From Deltaproteobacteria bacterium (lineage in GTDB: Bacteria > Myxococcota > Myxococcia > Myxococcales > JAHFDP01), in contig JAHFDP010000012.1 in assembly GCA_023248955.1 (NCBI GenBank), positions 1,583-65,582 of the forward strand: DNA of 64,000 nucleotides, given 5' to 3'. Below, piece by piece: positions 51,105-61,276 of the stretch (its first letter is position 1; every line of letters starts with the position of its first letter). The notes beneath the pieces were generated by a model. The model worked only from the letters and a program-made list of their open reading frames with translations. It was not told the origin of the DNA and made no database searches. The position numbers and the translations under genes were made by a program.

Positions 51105-53084
51105 TCACCCGTTCTTTCGCTCGATCAGAAAAAGATCAAGAATGGAAAGTCCGAAAACGATCGCGAGAAGCAAGACCGATCCATCGTATCCAGCGCCGCT
51201 CAGCCGCGGAATCAGCGGCCATGCGACCACGCCGCTGCTGGCGAGCGCATGCGCCACCAGGAGCGCGGCGGTGAGCATGAAAACGAGTCCGCGTAGCGGA
51301 TAGCCGGCGAGCAGATGACCAGCGCCCGTGATCAACGCCGCGCAAGAAATGACCAGCGCACGTTGGCGACGAAACCGCTGGACGCTGGCTTCTTTGCGCG
51401 CACGCTGCACCGGATCCATCGCGCCTTTGCGCACGAAGAGATTCACGCACTGCCAACATTGTCCGCCACCCGTTCCCAGCTCGGGCTCGCAGCGTGGACA
51501 GACCGGCCGTCCGCACCGTTCGCAGCGCGTGCTCGGGAAAAGGCGGTTTTGGAACGCCCGCAAACCGAGCGCCGCAAGCGCAACACCCAACGCAATGGCC
51601 CACGAAAGCGGCGCTGAAAAAACGCCCGCGAGCTTGGTGGCGAGCTCGATCTCCAGCGCCTGGGACGGGTCGTCGGTTGCCAGGATCTCCGACCATTCGC
51701 CGATCGGAAGCGGCGCATCCGCGAGGTAGCGATTGGCTGCCGCGCCGCTCGGGGTGCTGGCATCACGGTGCTTGTCGAAGAGCGCGGGATCGTTTTTTTT
51801 CACCGCTTCGAGCTCGACATTACTGGCGTCCGCGGTCTTCATGCCGCCGCGCGCCAGGAGCGTTCCGTGGTTGAAGCGCGGTGCTAGCAATTTGCTATCA
51901 ATCGTCTGCGCCTGTGCGAAGTGATCGTCGGCGGCTTTGGCGTCGCCCAGAAAAAAGAACACGTTGCCGTAGTTGTTGTGCGCCTCGGCGCTGGTGGGCC
52001 GCTGCTCGAGCGCGGCCTTGTAAAGCGCGGCGGCTTGCGTCAGCTCACCGACGCGTTTGTAGGCACGCGCCAGAGCGAATGTCGCGGCGAACGGGGCCGA
52101 GTTCTGGTCCACGCGTTTCTGCAGACTTGCCAGCGCGGCGCGGGTCACTTCGCCCCGCTCCACCTGGTATACCTCGGCCGCGGCTCCACCCGAAGCCGAC
52201 CAACGCGCCGACATGGCGAGCACTTTGGGCGACAAGGCCAAAAGAACCAAGGCCGCGGCGGCCAGGCCCGCTTCCGTTCGCGTGGTGTAGAGAATTCCCG
52301 CCAGCAGCATCACGCAGAGCACCGGCAAGGGCCCCACCGAAAAGAGAAAGGGCAACGCCAGGAGAAGCAGCACCAGAATCGAGGTCTGCACCTCGGAAGA
52401 TCCGCGCGGAAACAGATGGTGCGCATCGTGACGCAAAAGCCCAAGCGGCCGCACAATGAGCAGCGTGAGGAAGAGAATGCACACGGCGAAAACGGCGAGG
52501 CCGAAAAGCTCCAAGGCCATGCCCGCGGCATATCGACGCTCGCGCGGATCAGCCCAGGTGCGTTGAAGCGCGCGCCAGCAAGCCGACGCCGCCGAGGAGA
52601 AATGGCGGACGCCGAGCACACGCGCTTCGCACCAGGCGGTGGCTGGCAACGAGGGCGCGAGGTCTTGGGCGAGCTTGCAACGGCGCATCGCTTCAACATT
52701 GGCGCCCGCTGCGCGCGCACCATCGGCTTCGCGCACCAGCGTGGTGGCGATCGCGATCAGGTTGTCGAATCCGAGATCGTCCTTGAGCTGCGCGACTTGC
52801 CGCTCCTCTTCCTCGAGGCGCCGCACATCGCGATCGCGAAGCAGCTCGCGGCGTTTTGACCAGTGGTCCAAAATCGCGGCGTAGCCACCGGTCGGGAAAA
52901 AGAAGGGTTTGGCGAGAGCAGAGGGCGGTGTTGGCGCGGGTGCGGGAGCCGCTCCTTTCGGCGATGCCTCGGGAACGGGTGCCGCGCCGACACCGCCGTC
53001 GGCTAGTGTCGGTGCGATTGCGGAGGCCGGCGCGGCAACGCCGGCGTCAGCGACCGCGAGAAGAAGCGCGAGAACGGCAACCAT
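51105..53084 (-). CDS. Membrane TPR protein with a Cys-rich Zn-finger-like region
   Basis: TM helices, TPR (AHNNYGNV), CERC..CPRC..CWQC. Confidence 0.7.
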   Translation of the reverse strand: MVAVLALLLAVADAGVAAPASAIAPTLADGGVGAAPVPEASPKGAAPAPAPTPPSALAKPFFFPTGGYAAILDHWSKRRELLRDRDVRRLEEEERQVAQLKDDLGFDNLIAIATTLVREADGARAAGANVEAMRRCKLAQDLAPSLPATAWCEARVLGVRHFSSAASACWRALQRTWADPRERRYAAGMALELFGLAVFAVCILFLTLLIVRPLGLLRHDAHHLFPRGSSEVQTSILVLLLLALPFLFSVGPLPVLCVMLLAGILYTTRTEAGLAAAALVLLALSPKVLAMSARWSASGGAAAEVYQVERGEVTRAALASLQKRVDQNSAPFAATFALARAYKRVGELTQAAALYKAALEQRPTSAEAHNNYGNVFFFLGDAKAADDHFAQAQTIDSKLLAPRFNHGTLLARGGMKTADASNVELEAVKKNDPALFDKHRDASTPSGAAANRYLADAPLPIGEWSEILATDDPSQALEIELATKLAGVFSAPLSWAIALGVALAALGLRAFQNRLFPSTRCERCGRPVCPRCEPELGTGGGQCWQCVNLFVRKGAMDPVQRARKEASVQRFRRQRALVISCAALITGAGHLLAGYPLRGLVFMLTAALLVAHALASSGVVAWPLIPRLSGAGYDGSVLLLAIVFGLSILDLFLIERKNG

Positions 53085-53132
53085 TCGTGGCTGAAGTCTA
53101 CTCGCCCTTCCCGCGAGCGTAAAAGATTACCT

Positions 53133-53251
53133 GTAACCGTTCAGTCCGTCATGGCCGGGCTTGACCCGGCCATCCACGAGGATTTCGATGCGCGTGGATG
53201 GCCGGCTCTTCGGCCGGCCATGACGACTGATGGGCCGGACTGAACGGATAC
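53133..53251. mobile_element. 119-bp MITE with TIRs and an 8-bp target duplication, carrying an inverted REP doublet
   Basis: TIRs gtaaccgttcagtcc / ggactgaacggatac (14/15); gattacct direct repeats at 53125-53132 and 53252-53259; palindromes at 53148-53177 and 53194-53224. Confidence 0.85.
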
Positions 53252-53280
53252 GATTACCTTAATGCTGCTAAAACGATTCG

Positions 53281-54084
53281 ATGACCACGCATGAAGATGC
53301 CGCGCGCGCGCTCGCCCGCCTTCTGACGTTGATGGACAAACTTCGCGATCCCGGCGGATGCCCGTGGGACCGGGAGCAGGATCTAAAATCGCTGCGACCG
53401 TATCTGCTGGAAGAGGCGCACGAAGTTCTCGAGGCCATCGATGCGGCCGATCCCGCGCACCACCGCGAAGAGCTCGGCGACTTACTTTTCCAGATCGTGT
53501 TTCAGAGCCGAATCGCGCGCGAGCAGGGCTGGTGGGCCTTTGCGGATGTTGCCAACGGAATCTCCGACAAGCTCGAGCGGCGCCATCCGCATGTCTTCCC
53601 CGATGCAGCAGGGGAGAAACGCACCGTGTCTGGATCGGCGGAAGTGATTCGCAATTGGGAGCAAATCAAGGCCAAAGAAAAGACCGAGCGCAAGAGCGTC
53701 CTGGAAGGCGTGCCCAAGGCGCTGCCGGCGTTGATTCGCGCCGAACGGCTGACCGAAAAAGCCGCCGCAGTTGGATTCGATTGGCCGGATCTGTCGGGGG
53801 CACGCGCGAAAGTCACCGAGGAGTTGGACGAGCTGGACGCGGCGATTGCCACAGGAGATCGCGCGCAAATGGAAGACGAGCTTGGTGATGCGCTGTTCGC
53901 GCTGTCCAACGTCGCGCGGTTTTTGAAAGTGCATCCCGAGGATGCGCTGCGAGCGGCCACGGCGAAATTCGAGCGGCGCTTCGGACACATCGAGCGTGAG
54001 TTGAAGGCGCGCGGCAAGTCACCACGAGAGTCAACGCTGGCCGAGATGGACGCCTTGTGGGACGAAGCGAAAGCCGCAGAATGA
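53281..54084 (+). CDS. mazG: Nucleoside triphosphate pyrophosphohydrolase MazG
   Basis: GCPWDREQ, EEAHE, EELGDLL, RRHPHVF, GFDW. Confidence 0.95.
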   Translation: MTTHEDAARALARLLTLMDKLRDPGGCPWDREQDLKSLRPYLLEEAHEVLEAIDAADPAHHREELGDLLFQIVFQSRIAREQGWWAFADVANGISDKLERRHPHVFPDAAGEKRTVSGSAEVIRNWEQIKAKEKTERKSVLEGVPKALPALIRAERLTEKAAAVGFDWPDLSGARAKVTEELDELDAAIATGDRAQMEDELGDALFALSNVARFLKVHPEDALRAATAKFERRFGHIERELKARGKSPRESTLAEMDALWDEAKAAE

Positions 54085-54157
54085 GCGCCGCCTTGCTTGA
54101 CACCAGGCGCCGCGGCTTGCTACCAGCCACGGTTTCCCTCGGAAGGAGCACCCTCGC

Positions 54158-54421
54158 GTGGCGAACACCAAGTCTGCTGAGAAAGCCAACCGTCAGGCCC
54201 AGAAGCACCGGGCGCGCAACCAGAGTGTCCTCTCCACGCTGCGCACGCAGATTCGCGCGGTGCGGGAAGCGGTGACCAAGAAGGACACGGCGGCGGCGGA
54301 GACGGCGCTCAAGCAGGCCACGCGGCTGCTCGACAAAGCGGCGGCCAAGGGCGTGATTCACTCGCGCAATGCTTCGCGCCACGTGGCGCGGCTCACGAAG
54401 ACGGTTCGCAAGACCGCGTAA
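54158..54421 (+). CDS. rpsT: 30S ribosomal protein S20
   Basis: ANTKSAEK...RN...LDKAAAKGVIHSRNASR. Confidence 0.95.
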   Translation: MANTKSAEKANRQAQKHRARNQSVLSTLRTQIRAVREAVTKKDTAAAETALKQATRLLDKAAAKGVIHSRNASRHVARLTKTVRKTA

Positions 54422-54432
54422 CGCTGTTCTCG

Positions 54433-54921
54433 TTAGCGCTGCATTCGTTCCAGCGCACGTTCCATCAGGCTCCGCGCCAGGCGTTGCAAGGCCGCGCGGC
54501 GCGATGCTTCGCTTCCCAAGATATCGACGCCCGGGAGGTAGTCTTCGCTGCCGGTAACGTCGTCGGCGAAGAGCACCCTACCCTCCTGCTCAACGCGCAC
54601 TTTGATGCGCGCTGTAACCACGAATGCGCCGACGCGTGTTCCAGCACCGAGCGCGGAGCCACCGCCGCTGACACTGAATACCGTTCCGAAGACGCGCGGG
54701 GCGTGGCCATCGTCGGCGGCGAGTCGGCCGCGGCCCACCAAGGCTTCGCGCAGCGCGCCAGTGAAGAGGGCACCGAGTTGTGCTTCACTGGTGGCGTTCT
54801 CGAATATTGGAACCGCTAGCGCGCTGGCCTCGCCCGGGAGCCGACCGCCGCCCGCGGAAAAACCGTAGCCACACGCGGTTAGGGCTGTAAGACCAACGAA
54901 TCTTATTGTATTACACAACAA
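54433..54921 (-). CDS. lptE: LPS assembly lipoprotein LptE
   Basis: LTACGY lipobox, VPIFENAT; canonical position downstream of leuS. Confidence 0.75.
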   Translation of the reverse strand: MLCNTIRFVGLTALTACGYGFSAGGGRLPGEASALAVPIFENATSEAQLGALFTGALREALVGRGRLAADDGHAPRVFGTVFSVSGGGSALGAGTRVGAFVVTARIKVRVEQEGRVLFADDVTGSEDYLPGVDILGSEASRRAALQRLARSLMERALERMQR

Positions 54922-57367
54922 AACTCACCAGCCGCTTCGGCACGAAGATGAATTTCTTCACGGGTTTTCCGGTGAGGTGCGCAGCCACTGCCTGTTCCGC
55001 AGCGGCGCGAACTTCCGCTTCCGCCGCTCCAGCGGGAACGTTGGCTTGCCCACGGACTTTGCCGTTCACCTGCACGGCGTAGGTGATCGTCTCGTCGGCC
55101 ACCAACGCGGGATCAACCGCAGGCCAGGCAAACGTCGCCAGTTCTTCGGTGCGGCCCAGTTGCTGCCACGCTTCCGCGCAAAAGTGCGGCGCAAACGGCG
55201 ACAGCATCACGGCGAGGAGCTCCAACGCCTCTTGCCGTGCAACGCGGGCGGCATCGTCCGCAGGTGACATTTTGTAAAGTGCGTTGACGAGCTCCATCAC
55301 CGCGGCAATCGCTGTGTTGAAGCCCAACGACTCGAGACCAGAAGAAACGCGCTTCAACGCGCGATGCGCTTCGCGACGAAATTCGTCGGCCTTAGCGGGG
55401 ATCGCGTCAGGCGGCGCGCCACCTTCGACTTGCGCGCGCACCAGCCGCCACACGCGCTGAAGAAACCGGGCCTGTCCTTCGATCTGTTCGTCGGACCAAT
55501 CCATGTCCTTCTCGGGCGGCCCCGCGAAGAGAATAAAAAGCCGCGCCACGTCCGCGCCATGTCGCGCGATGATCTCGCGCGGGCTGACCACGTTCCCCTT
55601 CGACTTGGACATCTTCTCGCCATCGCGGCCCTTGACGATGCCCTGCGTGACCAGGCGCCGCGCGGGTTCGCGCTCGGAACAGAGCCCGAGGTCGGCCATC
55701 ACCTTCGTCCAAAAACGAAAGTAGAGCAGATGCAGGACCGCGTGCTCCGGGCCGCCGATGTACACATCGATGGGCAGATAGCGATCGGCATCGGCGCGCG
55801 CGAAGGGCCGCGTGGCCTCGTGCGGCGAGAGGTAACGCGCGAAGTACCAAGAGGAGTCGATGAAGGTATCCATCGTCTCCGGCTCGCGCGTGGCGGGACC
55901 GCCGCACTTTGGACACGTCGTGGCCATCCACGCTTTCACTTTGGCCAGCGGCGGTTCGCCCTTCCCGGTCAGGACCTCGCGCACATCGATGTGCGGCAAC
56001 TCGACGGGCAACTTGTCCTCGGGAACCGGAATGCCGCGACGCTCGGGATCGCAGCGTTCGCAGTAGACGATCGGAATCGGCGTGCCCCAGTAACGTTGGC
56101 GCGAAAAGCCCCAGTCGCGCAGATGCCATGTGACGGCGGTTTCGCCAAGACCGCGGCGCGCCGCTTCCGCGGTGATGGCCACACGCGCTTCGGCCGAAGA
56201 CTTCCCCGTGAAGGCGCCGGAATTCACGAGCACACCGTCATCGGTGAAAGCAGCGTCGCCCTTCCAGGCGCCAGCCCCCGAATCAACGACTTGACTAATT
56301 GTCAAGTCATACTTTTTCGCAAATTCAAAGTCGCGCTGGTCGTGCGCGGGGACACTCATCACCGCGCCCGTCCCGTAACCGCTCAGCACGAAGTTCGCGA
56401 GCCAAACCGGAACCGATTCGCCGGCCAGCGGATTCACCGCCTGCGCGCCCGTAAAGACGCCTTCCTTCTCGAGCCGCCCCGCCAGACGATCTTCGCGATT
56501 CGAGGCCGCTACTTTTGTTTGAAACGCACGCACCGCCGCATGTTGCGCCGACGTGGCCAGCTTTAGCGCCAGCGGATGATCCGGTGCCAAGACCACGTAG
56601 GTCGCACCGAAAAGGGTGTCCGCGCGCGTGGTGAAGACACGAATTTTCTCCGCGCTGCCGACCACGGCAAAATCGAGAAACGCGCCCTCCGAGCGGCCCA
56701 GCCAATTCTTTTGCATGCTGACCACGCGCTCGGGCCACTGCAAGTCGGACAATCCACCAAGTAATGCATCCGAATACTTTGTAATACGAAAGGCCCACTC
56801 CGGAATTTCGCGCTCTTCCACGCGCGATCCGCAACGCCAGCAGGCGCCGTCTTCCACCTGCTCGTTGGCCAACACCGTGTTGCAGCTCGGGCACCAATTC
56901 ACTTTCGCGCGGCGCCGGTAGACGAGATCTTTCTCCAGCATCTTGACGAAGAACCACTGGTTCCAGCGGTAGTACTCGGGCTTGTAGGTCGCGATTTCGC
57001 GCGTCCAGTCGTAGGAGAAGCCGAGCGCGACGCAATCTTTTTTGAAGCTCTCGATGTTGGCCGGCGTCCGCTCGCTCGGATGGCGACCGTCTTTGATGGC
57101 GGCGTTTTCCGCGGGAAGTCCGAAGGAGTCCCAGCCCATCGGGTGCAACACGTCGAAGCCGCGCATGCGGCCGTAGCGCGCGAGGACATCGCCCAGCGTG
57201 TAGCAGCGCACGTGGCCCATGTGCATTTCGCCCGAGGGGTACGGGAGCATTTCGAGCACGTAGAGTTTTTTGGCGTCCGCGCGCGCGCCGGCGTGGAAGA
57301 GGCCGCAGGACTTCCAGTGGGTCTGCCATTTTGGTTCGACGGCGCTGGCTTCGTAACGTTCGTTCAT
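54911..57367 (-). CDS. leuS: Leucine--tRNA ligase
   Basis: PYPSGEMHMGH, KMSKSKGN, QVNGK; real start MNERYEA at 57367 (the listed ORF is over-extended). Confidence 0.97.
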   Translation of the reverse strand: MNERYEASAVEPKWQTHWKSCGLFHAGARADAKKLYVLEMLPYPSGEMHMGHVRCYTLGDVLARYGRMRGFDVLHPMGWDSFGLPAENAAIKDGRHPSERTPANIESFKKDCVALGFSYDWTREIATYKPEYYRWNQWFFVKMLEKDLVYRRRAKVNWCPSCNTVLANEQVEDGACWRCGSRVEEREIPEWAFRITKYSDALLGGLSDLQWPERVVSMQKNWLGRSEGAFLDFAVVGSAEKIRVFTTRADTLFGATYVVLAPDHPLALKLATSAQHAAVRAFQTKVAASNREDRLAGRLEKEGVFTGAQAVNPLAGESVPVWLANFVLSGYGTGAVMSVPAHDQRDFEFAKKYDLTISQVVDSGAGAWKGDAAFTDDGVLVNSGAFTGKSSAEARVAITAEAARRGLGETAVTWHLRDWGFSRQRYWGTPIPIVYCERCDPERRGIPVPEDKLPVELPHIDVREVLTGKGEPPLAKVKAWMATTCPKCGGPATREPETMDTFIDSSWYFARYLSPHEATRPFARADADRYLPIDVYIGGPEHAVLHLLYFRFWTKVMADLGLCSEREPARRLVTQGIVKGRDGEKMSKSKGNVVSPREIIARHGADVARLFILFAGPPEKDMDWSDEQIEGQARFLQRVWRLVRAQVEGGAPPDAIPAKADEFRREAHRALKRVSSGLESLGFNTAIAAVMELVNALYKMSPADDAARVARQEALELLAVMLSPFAPHFCAEAWQQLGRTEELATFAWPAVDPALVADETITYAVQVNGKVRGQANVPAGAAEAEVRAAAEQAVAAHLTGKPVKKFIFVPKRLVSFVV

Positions 57368-58716
57368 GACCGTCGCTCCAAAATCGCGCGATCGATCTCG
57401 GCGACCTTCGCCTGCTCCGCCAGCCAATACGCGAGCTCGATCTGCGCATCGAGCTCGCGCACACTCCGCCCCTGCTGCTCCACCCACGTAAAGTACTTCT
57501 GGTTGTGCCACCGTCGCCGAACATCGCGCGTGCCTTCGAGATGTTTGTCGGGCCGCGCGCGGTGGAAAATCTCCAAGCGGCGCAGCGCCACGTCGCGCGT
57601 CTGCTTGCCTTCGCGCTCGGTCAGCCGCGCCAGCACGCTCGGGTAGCGATCGAATCCATCGGTGGCCACCGTGACCACGTTGTCGCCTTCGTGCAGGCCG
57701 AGACGATGCGCGGTCTTGATGGCGCCGATCACATTGCAGATGCCGCTCATCCCGAACACGCCCGGCAGCGCGCGCGCGGTCGATTCGGGAACGCCGGCGT
57801 CGACGAGTGCTTCGGTGCCCTCTTGGAAAAGCTGCAAGCCACGCAGCGTGTCCGCATCGTCGATACAAAAGAGCCAGTCGGTGGCCATCACATTGTGAAT
57901 CCAGGTCACGTGTTTGTCGCCGATGCCCTCGATGGCGTGCGCGCCGTAGCCGCAGTTGTAAAGCGTCGGGCACTGCATCGGTTCCAAGGCGACCGTGGCC
58001 GCCTCGGGAAAGAGTTGCTTCACGCGATCGCCGGCGGCAATCGTTCCCGCTGATCCCATCGCGCTCACGAACGCCGCCACGCGACCATTGCCGACACCAC
58101 GCGCCGCTTGCGCCACGGCCACTCCGGTCACCGCGTAGTGAAAACGGTAGTTGCCGAATTCCGAAAACTGCTCGAGCACGCGGTTCTTCGGATCGCCGCG
58201 CAGCTCTCGCACTTTGTCGAAGATCTCCTTGACGTTCGATTCGGAGCCAGGCGTCTTCACCACCTGTCCACCGTAGGCGGCGATTTTTTCGAAGCGCTCG
58301 GCGCTCATCTCTTCGGGCAGCACCACGAGCGATCGATATCCCAGGCGGGGTCCGACCCACGCGCCGCCGATGCCGTAGTTTCCCGTCGAAGGAAAAACGA
58401 GCGTGTGATCGCCCGGGCGCACTTCACCGGCGAGTTGCTTCTCCATCAGCACCGAATAACCGGGGCCGACTTTGTGCGCGCCAGTGGGAAAGTGGCGGCC
58501 AGAGAGCACGATGACGTTGGCGGACACGCCGGTCAGCGCGCGCGGCAAGACCAGCGCGTCCACGTCGCCGCTGGGCCCGCGCCAATTTATATTGAAAAGA
58601 TTATCGACCGAAAGCGGCGAACGCCGGGCGGCGATCGCACGATCGCGAAGCGCCGCGGACAAGCGCGTGGGATCCGCCATCTCGGCGAACGTGGGTCCGT
58701 ATTGCAAAGTATTCAT
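57364..58716 (-). CDS. PLP-dependent fold-type II (cysteine synthase-like) enzyme
   Basis: FPTGAHKV, STGNYG, MGSAGT, IEGIGDK; ATGA overlap with leuS. Confidence 0.8.
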   Translation of the reverse strand: MNTLQYGPTFAEMADPTRLSAALRDRAIAARRSPLSVDNLFNINWRGPSGDVDALVLPRALTGVSANVIVLSGRHFPTGAHKVGPGYSVLMEKQLAGEVRPGDHTLVFPSTGNYGIGGAWVGPRLGYRSLVVLPEEMSAERFEKIAAYGGQVVKTPGSESNVKEIFDKVRELRGDPKNRVLEQFSEFGNYRFHYAVTGVAVAQAARGVGNGRVAAFVSAMGSAGTIAAGDRVKQLFPEAATVALEPMQCPTLYNCGYGAHAIEGIGDKHVTWIHNVMATDWLFCIDDADTLRGLQLFQEGTEALVDAGVPESTARALPGVFGMSGICNVIGAIKTAHRLGLHEGDNVVTVATDGFDRYPSVLARLTEREGKQTRDVALRRLEIFHRARPDKHLEGTRDVRRRWHNQKYFTWVEQQGRSVRELDAQIELAYWLAEQAKVAEIDRAILERRS

Positions 58717-58736
58717 TTGTATTACACCCGATCGTT

Positions 58737-61118
58737 TTAGAAAGAGTTGCCGATCGTGAATTGAAACACGTAGGCCTCGTCCTGCGGCCGGCGCGTCAGG
58801 AACGGAATGCCCCACTCGAAGCGCAACGGCCCGACCGGCGAGAACCAGCGCAGACCGAACCCGAAGTCGTGCAACATGCCAAAAATGTAGCCGGGCTTCT
58901 GACTGCCCAAGTAAAGAAAGTTTTCGTTCTCCGCGTAGGCGTTGCCCATGTCATAGAAGGCGACGCCGCGAATCCCCAGCTGCGCCGCAATCGGAAATTC
59001 CACTTCGAATTGGAAGAGCAGTTCCTTATTTCCGCCAATCGGAAAATCGACCAGCGCCGAGTTGGGATCGAGCTGCGCGCCAACGCGCACGGAGGGAGCC
59101 ACCGTCAACAAATTGTAGCCACGCAGCGAGTTCACGCCACCTTGGAAGAAGCGCTCGCTGATGGGAATCGTCGGCCGATTCGGATCGGTGGAGACGAGGT
59201 AGCTCAAGGTGCCGTTGAGCTTGAACACCATCCCGAGCGGCAACGGAAAGTAGCGCCGCTCGACCAGCTTGTAGCGCGAGAAGAGATTTTGGCTGAGCGT
59301 GAAGGGCGTGGCGTATTCGGCCGACGCGCTCTCCACGTGCCCGCGCGTCGGGAAGAGACGGTTGTCGCGCTTGTCCCAGTTGAACGAGAAGCGGACCGAC
59401 GAGGTAATTCCAGAAGCGAAAAAGTCCGCCAAGATGGGGCTGGTGCCGATGGTCGGCGTGACCTGCACCGTCTCCAGGGTATAGGCGCCAAAGACGCGGA
59501 AATCTTCGAAGAGCTCGTAACCGAAGGTGAGCGTCCCGCCTTTCGCGCCGCGCGTGAAGCCGGGATAAAAAAGTTCGGTACGGTAAGCGTCGACCGAGAG
59601 CGTCCACTTGGTGTCGAGGAAATAGGGCTCGAGGAACGACACCTGGAAGAGCTGCCGCAGCGACGAAATCTGCAAGTTGAAACTGCCGGTGATGCCCCAA
59701 CCGAAGAGGTTGTCCTGCGCAATTTGCGCGGTGCCGATGAACTGCTCGACATTGGAAAACCCAAATCCGACTTGGAACGTGCCAGTCGGTTTTTCTTTGA
59801 CCGTCACGACGAGCGTCATCTTGTCGTCGGTGGTGCCGCGCTTTTGCTCGATGTCGACCGATTCAAAATAGCCGAGCGCGGTCACGCGCTGCTTGGACAA
59901 GTTGATACCGGTGCCGGAATAGAGCTCGCCCTCGTACACGCGCATTTCGCGACGCAACACTTTGTCGCGTGTACGATCGTTTCCGGCGAATTCGATTTTT
60001 TCGATGGTGACTTTGGCGCCGCGCTGAATGTCGAACACGAGGTCGAGTTTGCGCTCGGCCGGATGCAGCGCCGTCTCGGGCGAAACGTTGACGTAAGCGT
60101 AGCCCTCGTCTTTGTAAAGATCGCCGAGCATCTGGAGATCGTGCTGAAGTTTCGTGCGCGAGAAGCGATCGTTACCGCGCGTTTGCAGCAGCGCGAAGAG
60201 TTCCTCTTTCGGACGCGAAAGATCACCAGCAAAATCGATTTTCCCGAGATCGAACGGCTCGCCCTCCTCGAGCGGAATGGTGATGAAAAGCAATCGCTTG
60301 TCGGGCGACATCGACAGCACTGGCTTACCGACGTGAATGTTGATGTAGCCGCGATCGTAGTAGACGCCCTGAATCACCATCAGGTCGCGCTGAAAAATCT
60401 CTTCGCGGTAGTTGCCAGCGGAGGTGAGAAACGACAGGAAGCTGCCCTCCTGCGTCTGCATCACGGCCTTAAGATCCGCCGGCGACACGGCCTGCGCGCC
60501 GAGGAAACGAATCTCTTTGACCATCACCTTGGCGTGTTCGTTGACGACGAACACCACCTCGACCTGGTTGTCCGCCTTCGGATCCGCGCGGAACGTCACG
60601 TCGGCCAAGTAGAAGCCCTTGTCGACATATTTGGCCTGAATCTTCGCCGCGGTTTTGCGCGCCGACTCTTCGTTGAAAATCTGGAATGCTTTGACCTCGA
60701 ATTCGTCCTTGAGATCTTCTTTCGAGAGTTCGTCGTTGCCCTCGATGCGAACTTCGCGCACGGACGGTTTTTCCGTCAGCACGATCACCAATCGAACACC
60801 CTCGGATTCAGTCTCTTGGTCGATCTGCACATCCGAAAAGAAACCCATTTTCCAGAGCGCGCGTACGTCCAATTGGAGTTGTTTGGTGTCGAGCGGCTGG
60901 CCTACCTGCGTGCCGATTTGCGCCTTCACCGCTTCGGTTTCCACGCGGCGATTTCCCTGAATAGTGATGGCGAGAACCTTCGGAGCCGACGGCGATTCCT
61001 CGGGCGTCGCCGCGCGCAGGTCCGTCGGTGACGGCAAGACGCCCGGTGAAAGGCTCGACGTCTCGGCGAAAGCCAATCCGCTGACGAGAAGTGCCGCGAG
61101 GGGGAGGATAGCGCGCAT
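58737..61118 (-). CDS. bamA: Outer membrane protein assembly factor BamA
   Basis: POTRA repeats (GNRRV, GNDRTRDKVLRRE), LRGY, SPVGPLRF, C-terminal Phe; start MRAILPL. Confidence 0.95.
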   Translation of the reverse strand: MRAILPLAALLVSGLAFAETSSLSPGVLPSPTDLRAATPEESPSAPKVLAITIQGNRRVETEAVKAQIGTQVGQPLDTKQLQLDVRALWKMGFFSDVQIDQETESEGVRLVIVLTEKPSVREVRIEGNDELSKEDLKDEFEVKAFQIFNEESARKTAAKIQAKYVDKGFYLADVTFRADPKADNQVEVVFVVNEHAKVMVKEIRFLGAQAVSPADLKAVMQTQEGSFLSFLTSAGNYREEIFQRDLMVIQGVYYDRGYINIHVGKPVLSMSPDKRLLFITIPLEEGEPFDLGKIDFAGDLSRPKEELFALLQTRGNDRFSRTKLQHDLQMLGDLYKDEGYAYVNVSPETALHPAERKLDLVFDIQRGAKVTIEKIEFAGNDRTRDKVLRREMRVYEGELYSGTGINLSKQRVTALGYFESVDIEQKRGTTDDKMTLVVTVKEKPTGTFQVGFGFSNVEQFIGTAQIAQDNLFGWGITGSFNLQISSLRQLFQVSFLEPYFLDTKWTLSVDAYRTELFYPGFTRGAKGGTLTFGYELFEDFRVFGAYTLETVQVTPTIGTSPILADFFASGITSSVRFSFNWDKRDNRLFPTRGHVESASAEYATPFTLSQNLFSRYKLVERRYFPLPLGMVFKLNGTLSYLVSTDPNRPTIPISERFFQGGVNSLRGYNLLTVAPSVRVGAQLDPNSALVDFPIGGNKELLFQFEVEFPIAAQLGIRGVAFYDMGNAYAENENFLYLGSQKPGYIFGMLHDFGFGLRWFSPVGPLRFEWGIPFLTRRPQDEAYVFQFTIGNSF

Positions 61119-61175
61119 AAGAAAAGGCGCCGAAACTAGCTCGAAGAGGGCGGTACTACAACGGCAAACGATTGA

Positions 61176-61252
61176 GTAATCATTCAGTCTGTCATGGCCG
61201 GGCTTGACCCGGCCATCCACGTGGATCCCCGGGTCAAGCCCGGGGATGACGA
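61176..61252. repeat. Second REP doublet, preceded by a degenerate copy of the MITE left end
   Basis: 61191-61220 is identical to 53148-53177; 61220-61252 is identical to 1988-2020; gtaatcattcagtct matches the left TIR at 12/15. Confidence 0.8.
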
Positions 61253-61276
61253 GCTGCCACGGGGATAACGAACGAA

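Noticed and set aside
57368-58360. Apparent 330-aa N-terminal extension of LeuS
   Set aside because: Arg-rich alternative-frame read of the upstream PLP-enzyme gene; the true start is MNERY at 57367
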